Positions 1 through 11,793 of a DNA stretch of 64,000 nt are shown here, piece after piece. The position numbers were made by a program, and so were the translations under genes. The stretch is from Heteronotia binoei (Eukaryota): contig NC_083237.1 in assembly GCF_032191835.1 (NCBI RefSeq), positions 7,440,001 to 7,504,000 on the forward strand, read 5' to 3'. Numbering within the stretch: the first letter of the stretch is position 1; each line of letters starts with the position of its first letter. The notes under the pieces are model-generated. The model ran no database searches, was not told where the DNA came from, and saw only the letters and a list, made by a program, of their open reading frames with translations.

Positions 1-56
1 GCAAAGGAGTTCCTGCTACAAAAAAAAGCCCTGATTATAAGATTTTAATGCTATAA

Positions 57-353
57 AAAGGTAAAGGTAGTCCCCTGTGCAAGCACCAGTCGTTTCCGAC
101 TCTGGGGTGATGTTGCTTTCACAACGTTTTCACGGCAGATGTTTTATGGGGTGGATTGCCATTGCCTTCCCCAGACATCTACACTTTCCCCCCAGCAAGC
201 TGGGACCTCATTTTACTGACCTCGGAAGGTTGGAAGGCTGAGTCAACCTGGAGCCGGCTACCTGAACCCAGCTTCCGCTGGGATTGAACTCAGGTCGTGA
301 GCAGAGCTTAGGACTGCAGCACTGCAGCTTTAACACTCTGCACCACGGGGCTC
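57..353 (-). mobile_element. Sauria SINE, full length
   Basis: Reverse-strand Sauria SINE body with an (ACCTTT)n-type tail (AAAGGTAAAGGT on +). 12-bp TSD TTAATGCTATAA at 45-56 and 354-365. Confidence 0.85.
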
Positions 354-515
354 TTAATGCTATAACTAAAAGTTAATTGCCAGTCTTTCTTAAAGCCCTC
401 CAGGGAAATGGGAGAGGGGTAGGCTGAGGCAAGGAAAGTATGAGGAAATATTCCAAAGCAGTTGGATCATGAGGGTCCTCCACTGGCACTGTGAATGCCT
501 CTGTGTTCATATCGG

Positions 516-1106
516 CAGGGCTTTTTTGGTAGGGAAAAAAAGCCCAGCAGGAACAAATTTGGGTATTAGGCCACACCCCCTGATGTCGCCATTGTTTTGC
601 TCAGGGCTTTTTTTAAGAAAAAAGCCCAGCAGGAGCTCATTTGCGTATTAGGCCACACCCCCTGATGTTACCATTATTTCACGCAGGGTTTTTTTTAAAG
701 AAAAAGCCCAGCAGAAACACATTTGCATATTAGGCCACACCCCTGATGTCACCATTGTTTCACTCAGGGCTTTTTTGTGGGAAAAAACCAGCTGGAGCTC
801 ATTTGCATATTAGGCCACACCCCCTGATGTCACCATTATTTCACGCAGGGTTTTTTTAGAAAAAGTCCAGCAGGAACACATTTGCATATTAGGCCACACC
901 CCCTGATGTCGCAATTTTTTCGTGCGGGTTTTTTTGCAGAAAAAGCCCAGCAGGAGCTAATTTGCATATTAGGCCACACCCCCTGATGTCACCATTATTT
1001 CGCGCAGGGGGGTTGTGGAAAAAGCCCAGCAGGAGCTCATTTGCATATTGGGCCACACCCAATGGGGAGCCAGCCAGAACTACGTTCCTGCTCGAAAAAA
1101 GCCCTG
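516..1106. repeat. hAT-type MITE (CAGGGCTTTTT/AAAAAGCCCTG ends) with an internal 7x ~80-bp tandem expansion
   Basis: The unit ...GCCCAGCAGGAGCTCATTTGCATATTAGGCCACACCCCTGATGTC... occurs 7 times. A single-unit relative of the same element lies at 10120-10239. Confidence 0.8.
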
Positions 1107-1649
1107 AAATATTGGCAATAAAAACGACATGGAAAATCGTTGACATATGGAAGCAGCTATTCACAACATGGCCCCCTCCCTCTGCTGAAAGAAAATGAAA
1201 ATCCTGTTGTAGCAGGAGCACTTCCTCTTTCCTTTTCTTTAAAAAAATTCCTCATGACAACCAGTGGGATGAAATGTGGCTCTGTGTGCTGTTATTGGCT
1301 CTGTGTCCTTGGGACAGGCCTGCCTGCGAGGTATGGAACTCAAATATACGTTTAGTTGCAGCAGCGTGTGATTCTCTGTGCAGAAGGCAGATGTGACACG
1401 GCCTCTTTTTGGTGGAGGCAACAATCGGCTTTCACATCTGGGCTCCAGGGAAGCTGCTTTGGGACGATCTCTGAGAACAGGCTGACAGCTGGACTGATGA
1501 TGCTAGACATACCAAATATGCTTTTGCAGCGTGCAACTTTGTTCGGAATAGATTTTCTCTTTTTTTTGCGCTCAGTTCTTCGCATCTGCATCGCGTGGGC
1601 CCGGAACCGCTTGTCAGCATCAAGCGAAGGCTTTGGATGGCCACAACCG

Positions 1650-2350
1650 ACACCCCCTCTAAGCTGCGGAGCCTTGTATGTGAAAATTGTACTTTATGAG
1701 CTACGGGCATGAAAGTTGGGAGCTACTGCATCAATTAGTTTGCTCTGGGGCCATTTTTCCTGAGTCAAGACAAAAATGTGTGAGCTGGAGGCTAAATAAC
1801 TGTGAGCAGTGTTCCCTCTAAGCTGGGTTAGTGTGAGCTAGCTCACCGTTTTTTAGCCTCCAGTTCACACATTTTTGTCTTTGCTCAGGAAAAATGGCCC
1901 CAGAGCAAACTAATTGATGCAGTAGCTCCCAACTTTCATGCCCGTAGCCAGTTTGGTGTAGTGGTTAAGTGTGCGGACTCTTATCTGGGAGAACTGGGTT
2001 TGATTCCCCACTCCTCCACTTGCACCTGCTGGAATGGCCTTGGGTCAGCCATAGCTCTGGCAGAGGCTGTCCTTGAAAGGGCAGCTGCTGTGAGAACCCT
2101 CTCAGCCCCACCCACCTCACAGGGTGCCTGTTGTGGGGGGAGAAGATATGGGAGATTGTAAGCCGCTCTGAGTCTCTGATTCAGAGAGAAGGGTGGGGTA
2201 TAAATCTGCAATTCTTCTTCTAAATGTATGCAGTAGCTCACTATTTTAACGCCAGTAGCTCACAAAGTAGACCTTTTGCTCACAAGACTCCACAGCTTAG
2301 GGAGCATTGACTGTGAGCCAGCTCACACTACCTCAGCTTAGAAGGAACAC
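1650..2350. mobile_element. Nested hAT MITEs (CAGTGTTCCCTCTAAG family) forming an inverted repeat, interrupted by a SINE
   Basis: Inverted arms at 1700-1807 and 1841-1948. Same family at 18405-19200 and 62700-62870. Confidence 0.65.
1946..2220 (+). mobile_element. tRNA-derived SINE (gecko Squam3-like family)
   Basis: A/B-box-like head (GGTGTAGTGGTTAAG...GGTTTGATTCCCC) and (TCT)n tail. Other copies at ~21700-21945(-), 28665-29660(-), 38142-38410, 50373-50680, 58598-58875 and 62255-62535. Confidence 0.8.
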
Positions 2351-3021
2351 TGGCCAAACGACCGTTGCACATTTCAGCTGGTCCCCAGCACAGAGAGGGT
2401 TATTACTCCTTACTCCCCACCCCACAAGTGATAGGGGACGCTTCCCTGTCAGTGGCTGTCACCCTCCACTGCCTCCTTTGTTTCCCAGAAAAATGCAACG
2501 CTGCGTTCCCCAGCTGCGTCTATCCTGAATTTGGGGGTAGGGCAGGGAGGCCAGAATATGTGCGGAGGGAGCGTGACTGGAAACAGAAGAGTGAAAACCA
2601 GCTGCATGCTATAGTGCATTTTCTAGCTGTGATTCAGCTGCAGGAAGAGCTGGGGTTTTCGTTCCAAAAAAAAGGAGAACATTCGCGTCTTCTTTGCACC
2701 AGCATTTTACCACCAGAAGAGCTTTTACTACTGCTGAAGCTGCATTCGTTTAGTCGCAGTTTGAGGTTAAATTCAGTTGCGTTACTCAAGACAGAGCCTT
2801 CAGCCCATTTCAAAATACCTCAGGGGAACTGCTGGAAATTGTACTGAGCCCTGGGCGCACAGGAATTGGGCAATTCATAAATTCAAAGTATAAATAAATA
2901 AACAAACCGAGGCTCTAGGGATGGCACGGACAACAATATTAGGCCAGAGCAGGGGTGGCCAAACTTGCTTAATATAAGTCACATAATATAAATGTCAGAT
3001 ATCTGAGAGCCGCAAAAACAC

Positions 3022-3158
3022 NNNNNNNNNNNNNNNNNNNNNNNNNNNNNNNNNNNNNNNNNNNNNNNNNNNNNNNNNNNNNNNNNNNNNNNNNNNNNNN
3101 NNNNNNNNNNNNNNNNNNNNNNNNNNNNNNNNNNNNNNNNNNNNNNNNNNNNNNNNNN
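3022..3158. other. Assembly gap (137 N) inside a hAT MITE (2950-3325)
   Basis: Run of N. Flanked by CAGGGGTGGCCAAAC / GTTTGGCCACCCCT ends. Confidence 0.99.
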
Positions 3159-3914
3159 GGGAAGAAAGCAACCTTAACATTAAATGCATTCTCCAAACCA
3201 CTGGCTGGCTTGCCTTGGAGAAGTGATTCAAAAATGAAAATGCCTTCTCGAAGGTGGCTGACAGGGTGGCAGTGGCTTCAAGAGCCACACAATATGTGCG
3301 AAAGAGCCACAGTTTGGCCACCCCTAGGAGGCTGAAATCAGTTCCTAGTTCCTTATTTGTGACCTATTCATGAAATCATCCCCAAACATTGAGGTGAGTT
3401 TAAAAGCTCTGAACCCCAAAATAAGGTGTGGGCCACCATAAATGAGACACCCCCACATTAAGGAGACTCTTCTCCTTCCAGGGGGCAGTTGGGTGTTTCC
3501 AGGGTTTTGTTTGAGCAGGAACGCTCAGGAACACAGTTCCAGCTGGCTTGGTGTCGGGGTGTGGCTTAATATGTAAATGAGTTCCCGCTGGGCTTTTTTT
3601 AAAAAACAAAAAGGCCCAGGTGTTTCCTAATCCAAAGCACAGGTCTCATGCCAGTTGTTCCGAAGCAGATCAGCTCAGGACAATCACACAAGCAGACACT
3701 AGGGTTGCCAAGTCCTTCCGCTGCTGCAGGGGTGGACTGTTGTGCGTGTGGCACAATGACATCACCTGGAAGTGACATCATCGCAACAGGCCACCCCTGT
3801 TCTAGCAGTAGATTCCTCAATGATCTTGCCTAATCACTGCTAATAATACAGTGGGTTGTATTATTGATTTCATGTCATGGTGAGTTCCACAGGAAAAGCT
3901 AACTTCCTTAGGCG

Positions 3915-4438
3915 TAGGGTTGCCAGAGACAATTCAAGAAATATCTGAGGACTTTGGGGGTGGAGCCAGGAGAAAGGTTGTGATAAGCATAATTGAACTC
4001 CAAAGGGAGTTTCGGCCCTTTCACTTAAAGGGACCGCACACCTTTGAAATGCCTTCCCTTCATTGGAAATAATGAAGGATAGGGGCACCTTCTTTGGGGG
4101 CTCATAGAATTGGACCCCCTGGTCCAATCATTTTGAAACTTGGAAGGTGTTTTGAGAAGAGGCATCGGATGCTATGCTGCAGATTTGGTGCCTCTACCTC
4201 AAAACACGCCCCCCCCCCCAAACCCTAGTTACTCACAGTTCAATTCTCCATTATATCCTATGGAAATCAGACTCCATAGGGAATAACAGAGTGCCCAGCA
4301 GACATTTCCTCTCCCCACCCCCGCTTTCTGATGACCCTGGGTTGTAAATAATGGAGGAGAACCAGAGTATTAGCCTGACATTTGTTCAGCCATCTTATAA
4401 AACAATCCCCTGCCCCCACCTGGGGATTGGCAACCCTA
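3915..4438 (+). mobile_element. hAT MITE (TAGGGTTGCCA TIR family)
   Basis: TIRs TAGGGTTGCC/GGCAACCCTA and a perfect 8-bp TSD CTTAGGCG. Other copies at ~6200-6475(-), 25401-25809, 44011-44540 and 44687-45150(-). Confidence 0.85.
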
Positions 4439-4559
4439 CTTAGGCGTTATTCCAGCCTTGTCGTTGCATAACTTTGCTGCCTGCTCTAAATGTCACTGGT
4501 AAAAATCACCCCCCCACACACCTGATGACATCCCTTTGCTTTCCCAACATGACATTCCC

Positions 4560-4882
4560 CAGAGGAAACGAGGATGGCGACTGCCGCCTTTCGTTCCCAT
4601 TCACTTGTGTCGAGAGGAGCAACTGCGGATCGGCTTCGTCACCCCTCAGAAGTCTCCCAACGAGCCGTGCCCTTACTTAAAATGGCGCCCGCTCTTCTTT
4701 ACCAAACCGCCTGCCCGCCCTCACCAAAAATGGCGGAATTAGCCTTCTAGGTCGCTTGTTGTGACGTAAGCCTCACCCCGCCTTCGTTTGCCCTCACGCA
4801 ACATGGCGCCCGGAGCTTTATATAGGAGATGGGCCGTAGCTCTTCCCTGAGTCACTGCTGCTCGCCCACATCCAAGATGGCG
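4560..4882 (+). promoter_or_regulatory. PSMB5 CpG-island promoter
   Basis: CpG-rich. YY1-type AANATGGCG at 4679, 4727, 4800 and 4874; CRE-like TGACGTAA at 4762; TATA-like TTTATATA at 4817-4824; AP-1 TGAGTCA at 4848. Confidence 0.7.
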
Positions 4883-5107
4883 CTGGCCAGCCTGCTGGAG
4901 CCGCAACAGACCGTGAACCGGGCCGGGTACTTCGGTTTGGGCGCCGGCTGCGAATTTCGGTTGGCCGCGCTCAGCTCTTACGATGGAGGAGAAAAGGGGC
5001 CGGAGGCCGCGGGATTGCACTTGTCTCTGGCCGCCCCTTGTCCCAGCACCGCCGCGGTGGATGCCAAGATCGAGCTCCTGCACGGGACCACCACTTTGGC
5101 CTTCAAG
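4877..5107 (+). CDS. PSMB5: Proteasome subunit beta 5, coding exon 1 (70-aa propeptide, catalytic Thr1 at 5087)
   Basis: MALASLLE...IELLHG|TTTLAFK, followed by a GT donor at 5108. Confidence 0.97.
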
Positions 5108-5267
5108 GTGCGAGGCCGGGAGCAGGCTCTGCCCTTTGGTTTGGCGTGGGGGGGCTTGGGGGCGTGTTTCCTGGCACTTAGGGTGGGTTGCTCGCGGCCT
5201 AGGGCAAAACAGGGGAGGGACTGAAATCAGGTATGGAATTGGGTTCGAGTTGCCAGTCTCCAGGTGG

Positions 5268-5713
5268 GGACAGAAAGAAGTCCTTTTCTCCCTTTCTCAC
5301 CATACGCGAACTCGTGGGCATTCAATGAAATTGATGAGCAGTCGGGTTAGAACGGATAAAAGGAAGTACTTCTTCACCCAAAGGGTGATTAACATGTGGA
5401 GCTCACTGCCACTGGAGGTGGCGGCAGCTACAAGCATAGCCGGCTTTAAGAGGGGATTGGATAAAAATATGGAGCAGAGGTCCATCAGTGGCTATTAGCC
5501 ACAGTGTGTGTGTATATATGTGTGTATTTATGTGTGTATGTGTATATATATATATATACACACATATATTGGCCACTGTGTGACACAGAGTGTTGGACTG
5601 GATGGGCCATTGGCCTGATCCAACATGGCTTCTCTTATGTTCTTATGTGACACAGAGTGTTGGACTGGATGGGCCATTGGCCTGATCCAACATGGCTTCT
5701 CTTATGTTCTTAT
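5268..5713 (+). mobile_element. CR1 LINE 3' fragment with (TG/TA)n microsatellite and 2x 67-bp terminal unit
   Basis: CR1 ORF2 C-terminus in ORF 4983..5498 (TRTRGHSMKLMSSRVRTDKRKYFFTQRVINMWSSLP) and a (TTCTTATG) tail. Confidence 0.85.
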
Positions 5714-7139
5714 GATATGGGATTCTCCGGTTTGGAGGCCCTCCCCCTGCTTCGGGGTCATTAGAAAGTGGTGGGGGAGGGAGGGAAATGTCTGCTGGGC
5801 ACTCCATGATTCCCTATGGAGACCGATTCCCATTGGGCGGGAGTGGCTGAACTTGCTTAATGTAAGAGCCGCATAGAATAAACATCAGATGTTTGAGAGC
5901 AACAAGATATGAACATTGGATGTCTGAGAACAGGCAGGCCGGCAGGCAAATAGAGGAGGGAGGGGGGAAGGAGAGGTGGAAGTAAAGCAACTTTTAACTT
6001 TAAATGCATGCTCCAATCTGCTGGCCAGCTTGGGTTGGAGACGCGATTTAAAGAGAGAAATTTTAATTCTGCATAAAGCAGCTACAGGTGATCACACCTT
6101 CTCCAAGCCAGCAAACAGGACGGTGGGGTTTTCGCACAATATAAGTGAAAGAGCCACAGTTTGGCCACCTCTGCCATGGGGTTTAATGGAGAATTGATCT
6201 GGGCATCCAGTACCTCTTCCCAAAATACCCTCCAGGTTTCAAAAAGATTGGACCAGGGGGTCCAATTCTATGACTCCCCAAAGAAGGTGCCTTCATCCTT
6301 CCTTATTTCCAGTGGTGGGAAGGCATTTAAAAGGTGTGTGGTCCCTTTAAATGTGATGGCCAGAACTCCTTTTGGAGTTCAATTATGTTTGTCGCAACCT
6401 GGCTCCACCCAGAATGTCTCCTGGCTCCACCCCCAAAGTCCTCAGATATTTTTTGAATTGGACTTGGCAACCCTACTGGGGCAAAACAATGGAGAAATTG
6501 AAATAAGGTATGGAATTGGGTGGGGGGTGTCAGTGTGGATGACTGTGAAGAGGGGTGGGGGAGCGCGGTTGGAAAGAAGATCAAGTAGTGATAAGGTTGG
6601 TGGACTTGGAGCAGGTGTAATCACCTGTAGCTGATTTGTGCAGGATTAAAATTAATGAGAAGACCACTGCAAATACAAAGATTACAGAAGCTCAAACATA
6701 TATGATATCCTTACATCAATATTGTAGGAACAACAAGATGCTGGACTATATGGACTACTGGTCTGATCCTGCAGTGCTCTTCTGATGCTTTTACTTGACA
6801 AAAATGTTTCAGGAGGCCTTAGCTTGAAACTTCTGAATTAAAGTTACAGATTTGATATGCCTTGAATTTGGCCTTGAATTTGTGTGACTTTCTTGCTAGG
6901 AAAGAGTGCATAGGTGTCTTAAACCCGGCTGCAGTTTTTGACTGGTGTGTCTATCTGAGGGAAGCCTTTGTTTGTATAAAATATCCAGTCTTCCTGCCAG
7001 TGGTCTCCAGGCTGATGTTGATATCTCCCATTCTGGACTTGCAGACAAATGCTTCCTTAAGTTGCCACATCTCGTGGCCCGTATGATGAAGTGTGGTGAA
7101 ATGGCTAGAGTCACTACCTCCCTTTAGACTAGCAAGCAT

Positions 7140-7885
7140 TAACATAAGAACATAAGAAAAGCCCATCCAGTCCAACACTCTGTGTCACACAGTGGCCAAA
7201 AAAACAAACAAAACCCAAGTGCAATCAGAAGGTTCACAAGTGGGTCTAGAAGCCCTTCCACTTTGCCCCGCCCCCCCTGGCCCAAGCACCAAGAATGCAG
7301 AGCATCACTGCCCCATACTGTTCCAATAATATACTGTGGCTAATAGACACTGATGGACCTCTGCTTCGTATTTTTATCCAAACCCCTCTTGAAGCTGTCT
7401 ATGCTTATAGCCGCCGCCACCTCCTGTGGCAGTGAATTCCACATGTTAATCACCTTTGGGTGAAGAAGGACTTCCTTTTATCCGTTCTAACCCGGCTGCT
7501 CAGCAATTTCATCGAATGCCCACGAGTTCTCGTATTGTGAGAAAGGGAGACAAGTAGTTCTTTCTCTACTTTCTCCATCCCATTCATAATCTTGTAAACT
7601 TCTATCGTGTCACCCCGCAGTCGACATTTCTCCAAGGTAAAGAGCCTCAAGCGTTTTAACCTTTCTTCATAGGGAAAGTGTTCCAAACCTTCAATCATTC
7701 TAGTTGCCCTTTTCTGGACTTTTTCCAGTGCTATAATATCCTTTTTGAGGTGCCGTGACCAAAATTGTACACAGTATTCCAAATGAGACCGCACCATCGA
7801 TTTATACAGGGGCATTATGATACTGGCTGATTTGTTTTCTATTATTCCTAATAATTCCCAGCATGGCATTGGCCTTTTTTATTGC
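7140..7885 (-). mobile_element. CR1 LINE 3' fragment
   Basis: ORF 7450..7869: [19 protein letters not shown]...LEKVQKRATRMI, the typical CR1 ORF2 end. Confidence 0.9.
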
Positions 7886-7954
7886 ATTCAGATTGTGGAT
7901 TGTGGCTCTCTGGTTACTCATGGCCTTTCTTCATTTCTTCTTGCCCTCCTCCAG

Positions 7955-8261
7955 TTCCAGCATGGTGTGATTGTAGCGGTAGACTCACGGGCCACCGCAG
8001 GAGTCTACATCGCATCACAAACGGTTAAGAAGGTCATCGAGATCAATCCTTACCTCCTTGGCACCATGGCTGGCGGTGCAGCGGATTGCAGCTTCTGGGA
8101 GCGGCTGCTGGCTCGGCAGTGCCGCATCTACGAACTCCGCAACAAGGAGCGCATCTCGGTGGCCGCTGCCTCCAAGCTGCTGGCCAACATGGTGTATCAG
8201 TACAAGGGCATGGGGCTGTCCATGGGCACCATGATCTGTGGCTGGGACAAGCGAGGGCCAG
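7955..8261 (+). CDS. PSMB5: Proteasome subunit beta 5, coding exon 2
   Basis: ccag|[16 protein letters not shown]...[10 protein letters not shown]...GWDKRGP-G|gtgag. 307 nt, phase 0/1. Confidence 0.98.
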
Positions 8262-10864
8262 GTGAGGGACCCTCTGCGTTGCCTTTCAGCAGCCTAGCTT
8301 CGCCTGAGCTTCTGCTGCTTCTCACTAAGCCCAAAATGGTTTTAAACTTCACTCTGCATTTTATGGATTTCATTTTAGGTCAGGGGTGGCCAAACTTGCT
8401 TTAACAAAAGAGCCACATAGAATAAGTGTCAGATCCTAGAATCGTAGAGTTGGAAGGGACCGCCAGGGTCGTCTAGTCCAACCCCCTGCACAATGCAGGA
8501 AACTCACAAACACGTCCCCCTAAATTCACAGGATCGTCATTGCTGTCAGATGGCCATCTAGCCTCTGTTTAAAAACCTCCAAGGAAGGAGAGCCCACCGC
8601 CTCCCCAGGAAGCCTGTTCCACTGAGGGACTGCCCTTAACGGTCAGGATGTTTGAGAGCCACAAGATGCGAATGACAGATGTTTGCGAGCTGGAAGGAAG
8701 AAAGGCAGGCAGGCAAATAGAGGGGAGGGAGAAGTGGAGAGAGACCAACTTTAAAATTCATTCTCCAAGCCGCCAGCTAGCTAGGCTTGGAGAAGTGATT
8801 TAAAGAGACAGATGCCTTCTCCAAGCTGGCCGATGGGGTGGTGGGAACTTAGAGGGCCACACAATATGTGTGAAAGCCACATGTGGCTCCGGAACCGCAG
8901 TTTGGCAACCCATTTTAGACACTGAAATTGCCCCAAGGTTCCTGTTGATAACCTGTTAGAAATGCTTCTTTGAAGGCCTGCATGGCCCCTTCTGTCAAGC
9001 CCCGAGATTCCCAATAATGAAGTCCTTTGTTTTGTTGCAAATATTTAGGAATTATTAGTTTATTTAGGAATTCAAAGGTCCTTGGAAATACTGAGATACC
9101 AGAGGTTACATGGTGCATATATAGGGTATCATAAAAGGTTACAAAAGGCAGTTCATTCAAATCTAAGGTTAAGGAGCCTGTGAATTTTAGGGAGTGCATC
9201 TTTCAGACACAGCATGCCGGCCCTGGTTAGAAGGGACCTCTAGGGTCATCTAGTCCAACCCCCTGCACAATGGAGGACACTCACAAACACTTCCCCCTAA
9301 ATTCACAGGATCTTCATTGCTGTCAGATGACCTTCTAGCCTCTGTTTAAACATTCTTTTGCCAGGTGGTGAGACGTACATGATATCTGGGTTGTAAATAA
9401 TGGAGGAGAACCAGAGTATTAGCCTGACATCTGTTCAGCCATCTTATAAAACAACCGGGCTTGACACCTTCCAACTCTGTGATCCTGTGCGCTTGTCAAG
9501 GATGCTCTAGGCTGATCCTGCATTGAGCAGGGGGCTGGACTAGATACTCAGTGGCCCGTTCCACCTCTGTGATTCTAGGATTCTTTCCACTAGTTCCCGT
9601 TTGCCCTATAACAAAGTAGTTCATGAGTTCTAATCTACTGTTGTGATGTTTCTGGTTGCACATCAGGATTCCTCCTGCGTGTTTCCTTGCAGTTATCTCA
9701 GAGACCCCAGGCCTTCACATTACTGTTTTCTGCCTCTGCAGACAATACCCCCTGCCTCCAGATTTTGAGCATAGTGTCACACCCTGTTCTGTGACATTAC
9801 ATTTTGGCAGTGGAAGGAAACGACATGTGGCTGCAGATCTCTGCCTCGTTAGGCTTAACTTAACACTCGCTTCAGCTTGGTTTCCCAGCAGTCACAGTTA
9901 GGTTTTTGACAGTTATTCTTCGCAAGCTTCCTTGACAGGAGTGACTTCCTGTTGTGTGCCTTCAAATACGAGGGGATCAATAACTAGAGGAAAGTTCCGT
10001 TAGCACTGGCAGCTTGGAGCTGCTGCTCCGATGCATGAATAGAATCATACTATCTGGACAACCTTCCCCCCCCCCCATCTTAAATAGAGAAGCATTGAAA
10101 TGTTAGTGTGAGGATGCACCAGGGTTGTATTTGTAGAAAAAGCCCAGCAGGAACTCATCTGTATATTAGGCCACACCCCCAATACCAAGCCAGTCGAGAC
10201 TGCATTCCTGTGCGTTCCTGCTTTTTTAAAAAAGCCCTGGGGTTGACAGCAACATCACAGTAGGCAAACTTGTGCTCGTAGGAAAAGGAAAGGTCCTCTG
10301 TGCAAGCACCAGTCATTTCCAACTCTGGGGTGACATTGCTTTTACAACATTTTCACGGCAGACTTGCTTTCTTTTAGCCTCTCCCCATCTATTCATCTTC
10401 CTTCCTTCCGTCCTTTCTCAAACGTCTGACGTTTATTCTGTGCGGCTCTTATGTTAAGCAAGTTTGCGCCCCCCCCCCCCCGCCCCCGATTTGGAGCTTG
10501 GGATATGTGCAACTATTTCTGCTGGGGAAAAAGGAAAAAAAACCCCAGATAGTTTGCCGTTTTAAACAGACCGATATATCTTGTCCCAAAAATGTATGGA
10601 TAAAAAGACTGAGAATGCTGTTGGAAGAGGATAGACTCTCCAGGGTCATATAACCAGTAACAGAGGGGCTTTATAACGAAAATGTGAGCAGATTGTCCTG
10701 AGCCCTGTGGTTTGCACAGCTGGTGGATGGATAGATGTGTGGTTGTAGACTTCGGCTTCATTATTTGCTCAGACATCTAGTGTTTCAAATACCTGTGTTA
10801 CTCAGATTGGTGGTATGGGCCTGTGAGCTGCTTTGCCAGAAGACTGCCCACTTACCATCTATAC

Positions 10865-11486
10865 CATAGCCCAAGGGTGTCAAACTCATTTGTTATGTGG
10901 GCTGGATCTGACTTAAATGAGACCTTGTTGGGCCAGACTATGTCAGGTTGGGCCGGGCCATGTGTGTACCTATTTATGATTAGGTAGCAGAGTTATAAAT
11001 TTTATAAAGAACAGACAAACACAAATGTGTATATTTTTTAAAACTTAAAACATGCTTAAAGTGTTAGCACTCACTGGTCTTAAAGATGCTTTCTTTGTAT
11101 TTCTCCCATGAGATCCAGGGGACTGGGCAAAAGAAGCTCTTTCCTTCCTTCCCCAGGGGATTCCGGGGGGGGGGGAGCCTCAGCCAATAGAAGGAAGAGA
11201 GGCTTGGCTCAGTAGCTCTGCTGTGCAATTGAGAGAGCCTAGCTAAGCAAGTTATTCCTCCCCTCCTTCCTCCCCAAGGGAGGGGCCTCAGCCAATGGAG
11301 AAAATAGAGGTTTTGCTCTGTAGCTCCTATGCAGTTGAGCAAGCCTAGCCAAGCAAGCTGTTGTGCAGAAGGAAGCAAGAGAGAGAGTAGGAAGCAGAGG
11401 ACAGACAGTTGCTCAGGGCCTGATAGAAGCCCTCTGGGGGCCTGATTCGGCCCTCGAACTGCATGTTCAACACCCCTACATAGCCC
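10865..11486. mobile_element. hAT MITE (CAGGGGTGTCAAAC family, ~600 bp)
   Basis: TIR-like ends with TSD CATAGCCC. Relatives at 18520-19146 (perfect TSD ATTTATGC) and ~34740-35367. Confidence 0.75.
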
Positions 11487-11793
11487 CTACCCCCTTACTT
11501 GTCTGCTAGTCTTTGTTGCCCTGTTTCCTTCTTGGATTGCCCATTCACATGTCTGGGGTTGCGTGTAACATCAAGAGGAAAGATGTTTCTGGGGCTGAAT
11601 GATTGGGAGGGACTCAGGGGGGGTGGGGGGTTGATTTGCCCTGCTGGCAACACAAGTGCGCAGAGATCATCTTTGACATTAATCTTATAATCTAGGAGGG
11701 GGGGGAAGGGCGAGTATTTATATTAATACGGCTTTTATAAGGAATGTGCCGAAAGTGTCCCAGTAACCTAAAACTTCCCACCCTACCTTTCAG

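Noticed and set aside
1946-2030. tRNA genes at SINE heads (also 15170-15240, 39444-39515 and others)
   Set aside because: They have A/B boxes but no complete cloverleaf, and they continue into SINE bodies present in many copies.
2365-2847. 160-aa ORF upstream of PSMB5
   Set aside because: TTG start, no recognisable homology and no coding-like codon bias.
2969-3321. ORFs crossing the N run
   Set aside because: Artefacts of the assembly gap inside a MITE.
1-4560. PSMB11 (thymoproteasome beta5t), head-to-head with PSMB5 in human
   Set aside because: No HGTTTLAF-type ORF on the - strand here. The window covers less upstream DNA than the recalled human spacing, so absence cannot be claimed.
4829-4876. 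In-frame upstream ATG extending PSMB5 by 16 aa
   Set aside because: It lies only a few bases after the TATA-like element, so it is probably upstream of the TSS. The ATG at 4877 matches the conserved MALAS start.
8000-8030. PSMB5 substitutions near the substrate pocket (V16 and V24 of the mature chain)
   Set aside because: The key residues T1, D17, K33, M45, A49, A50 and C52 are intact, and these two positions vary among eukaryotes.
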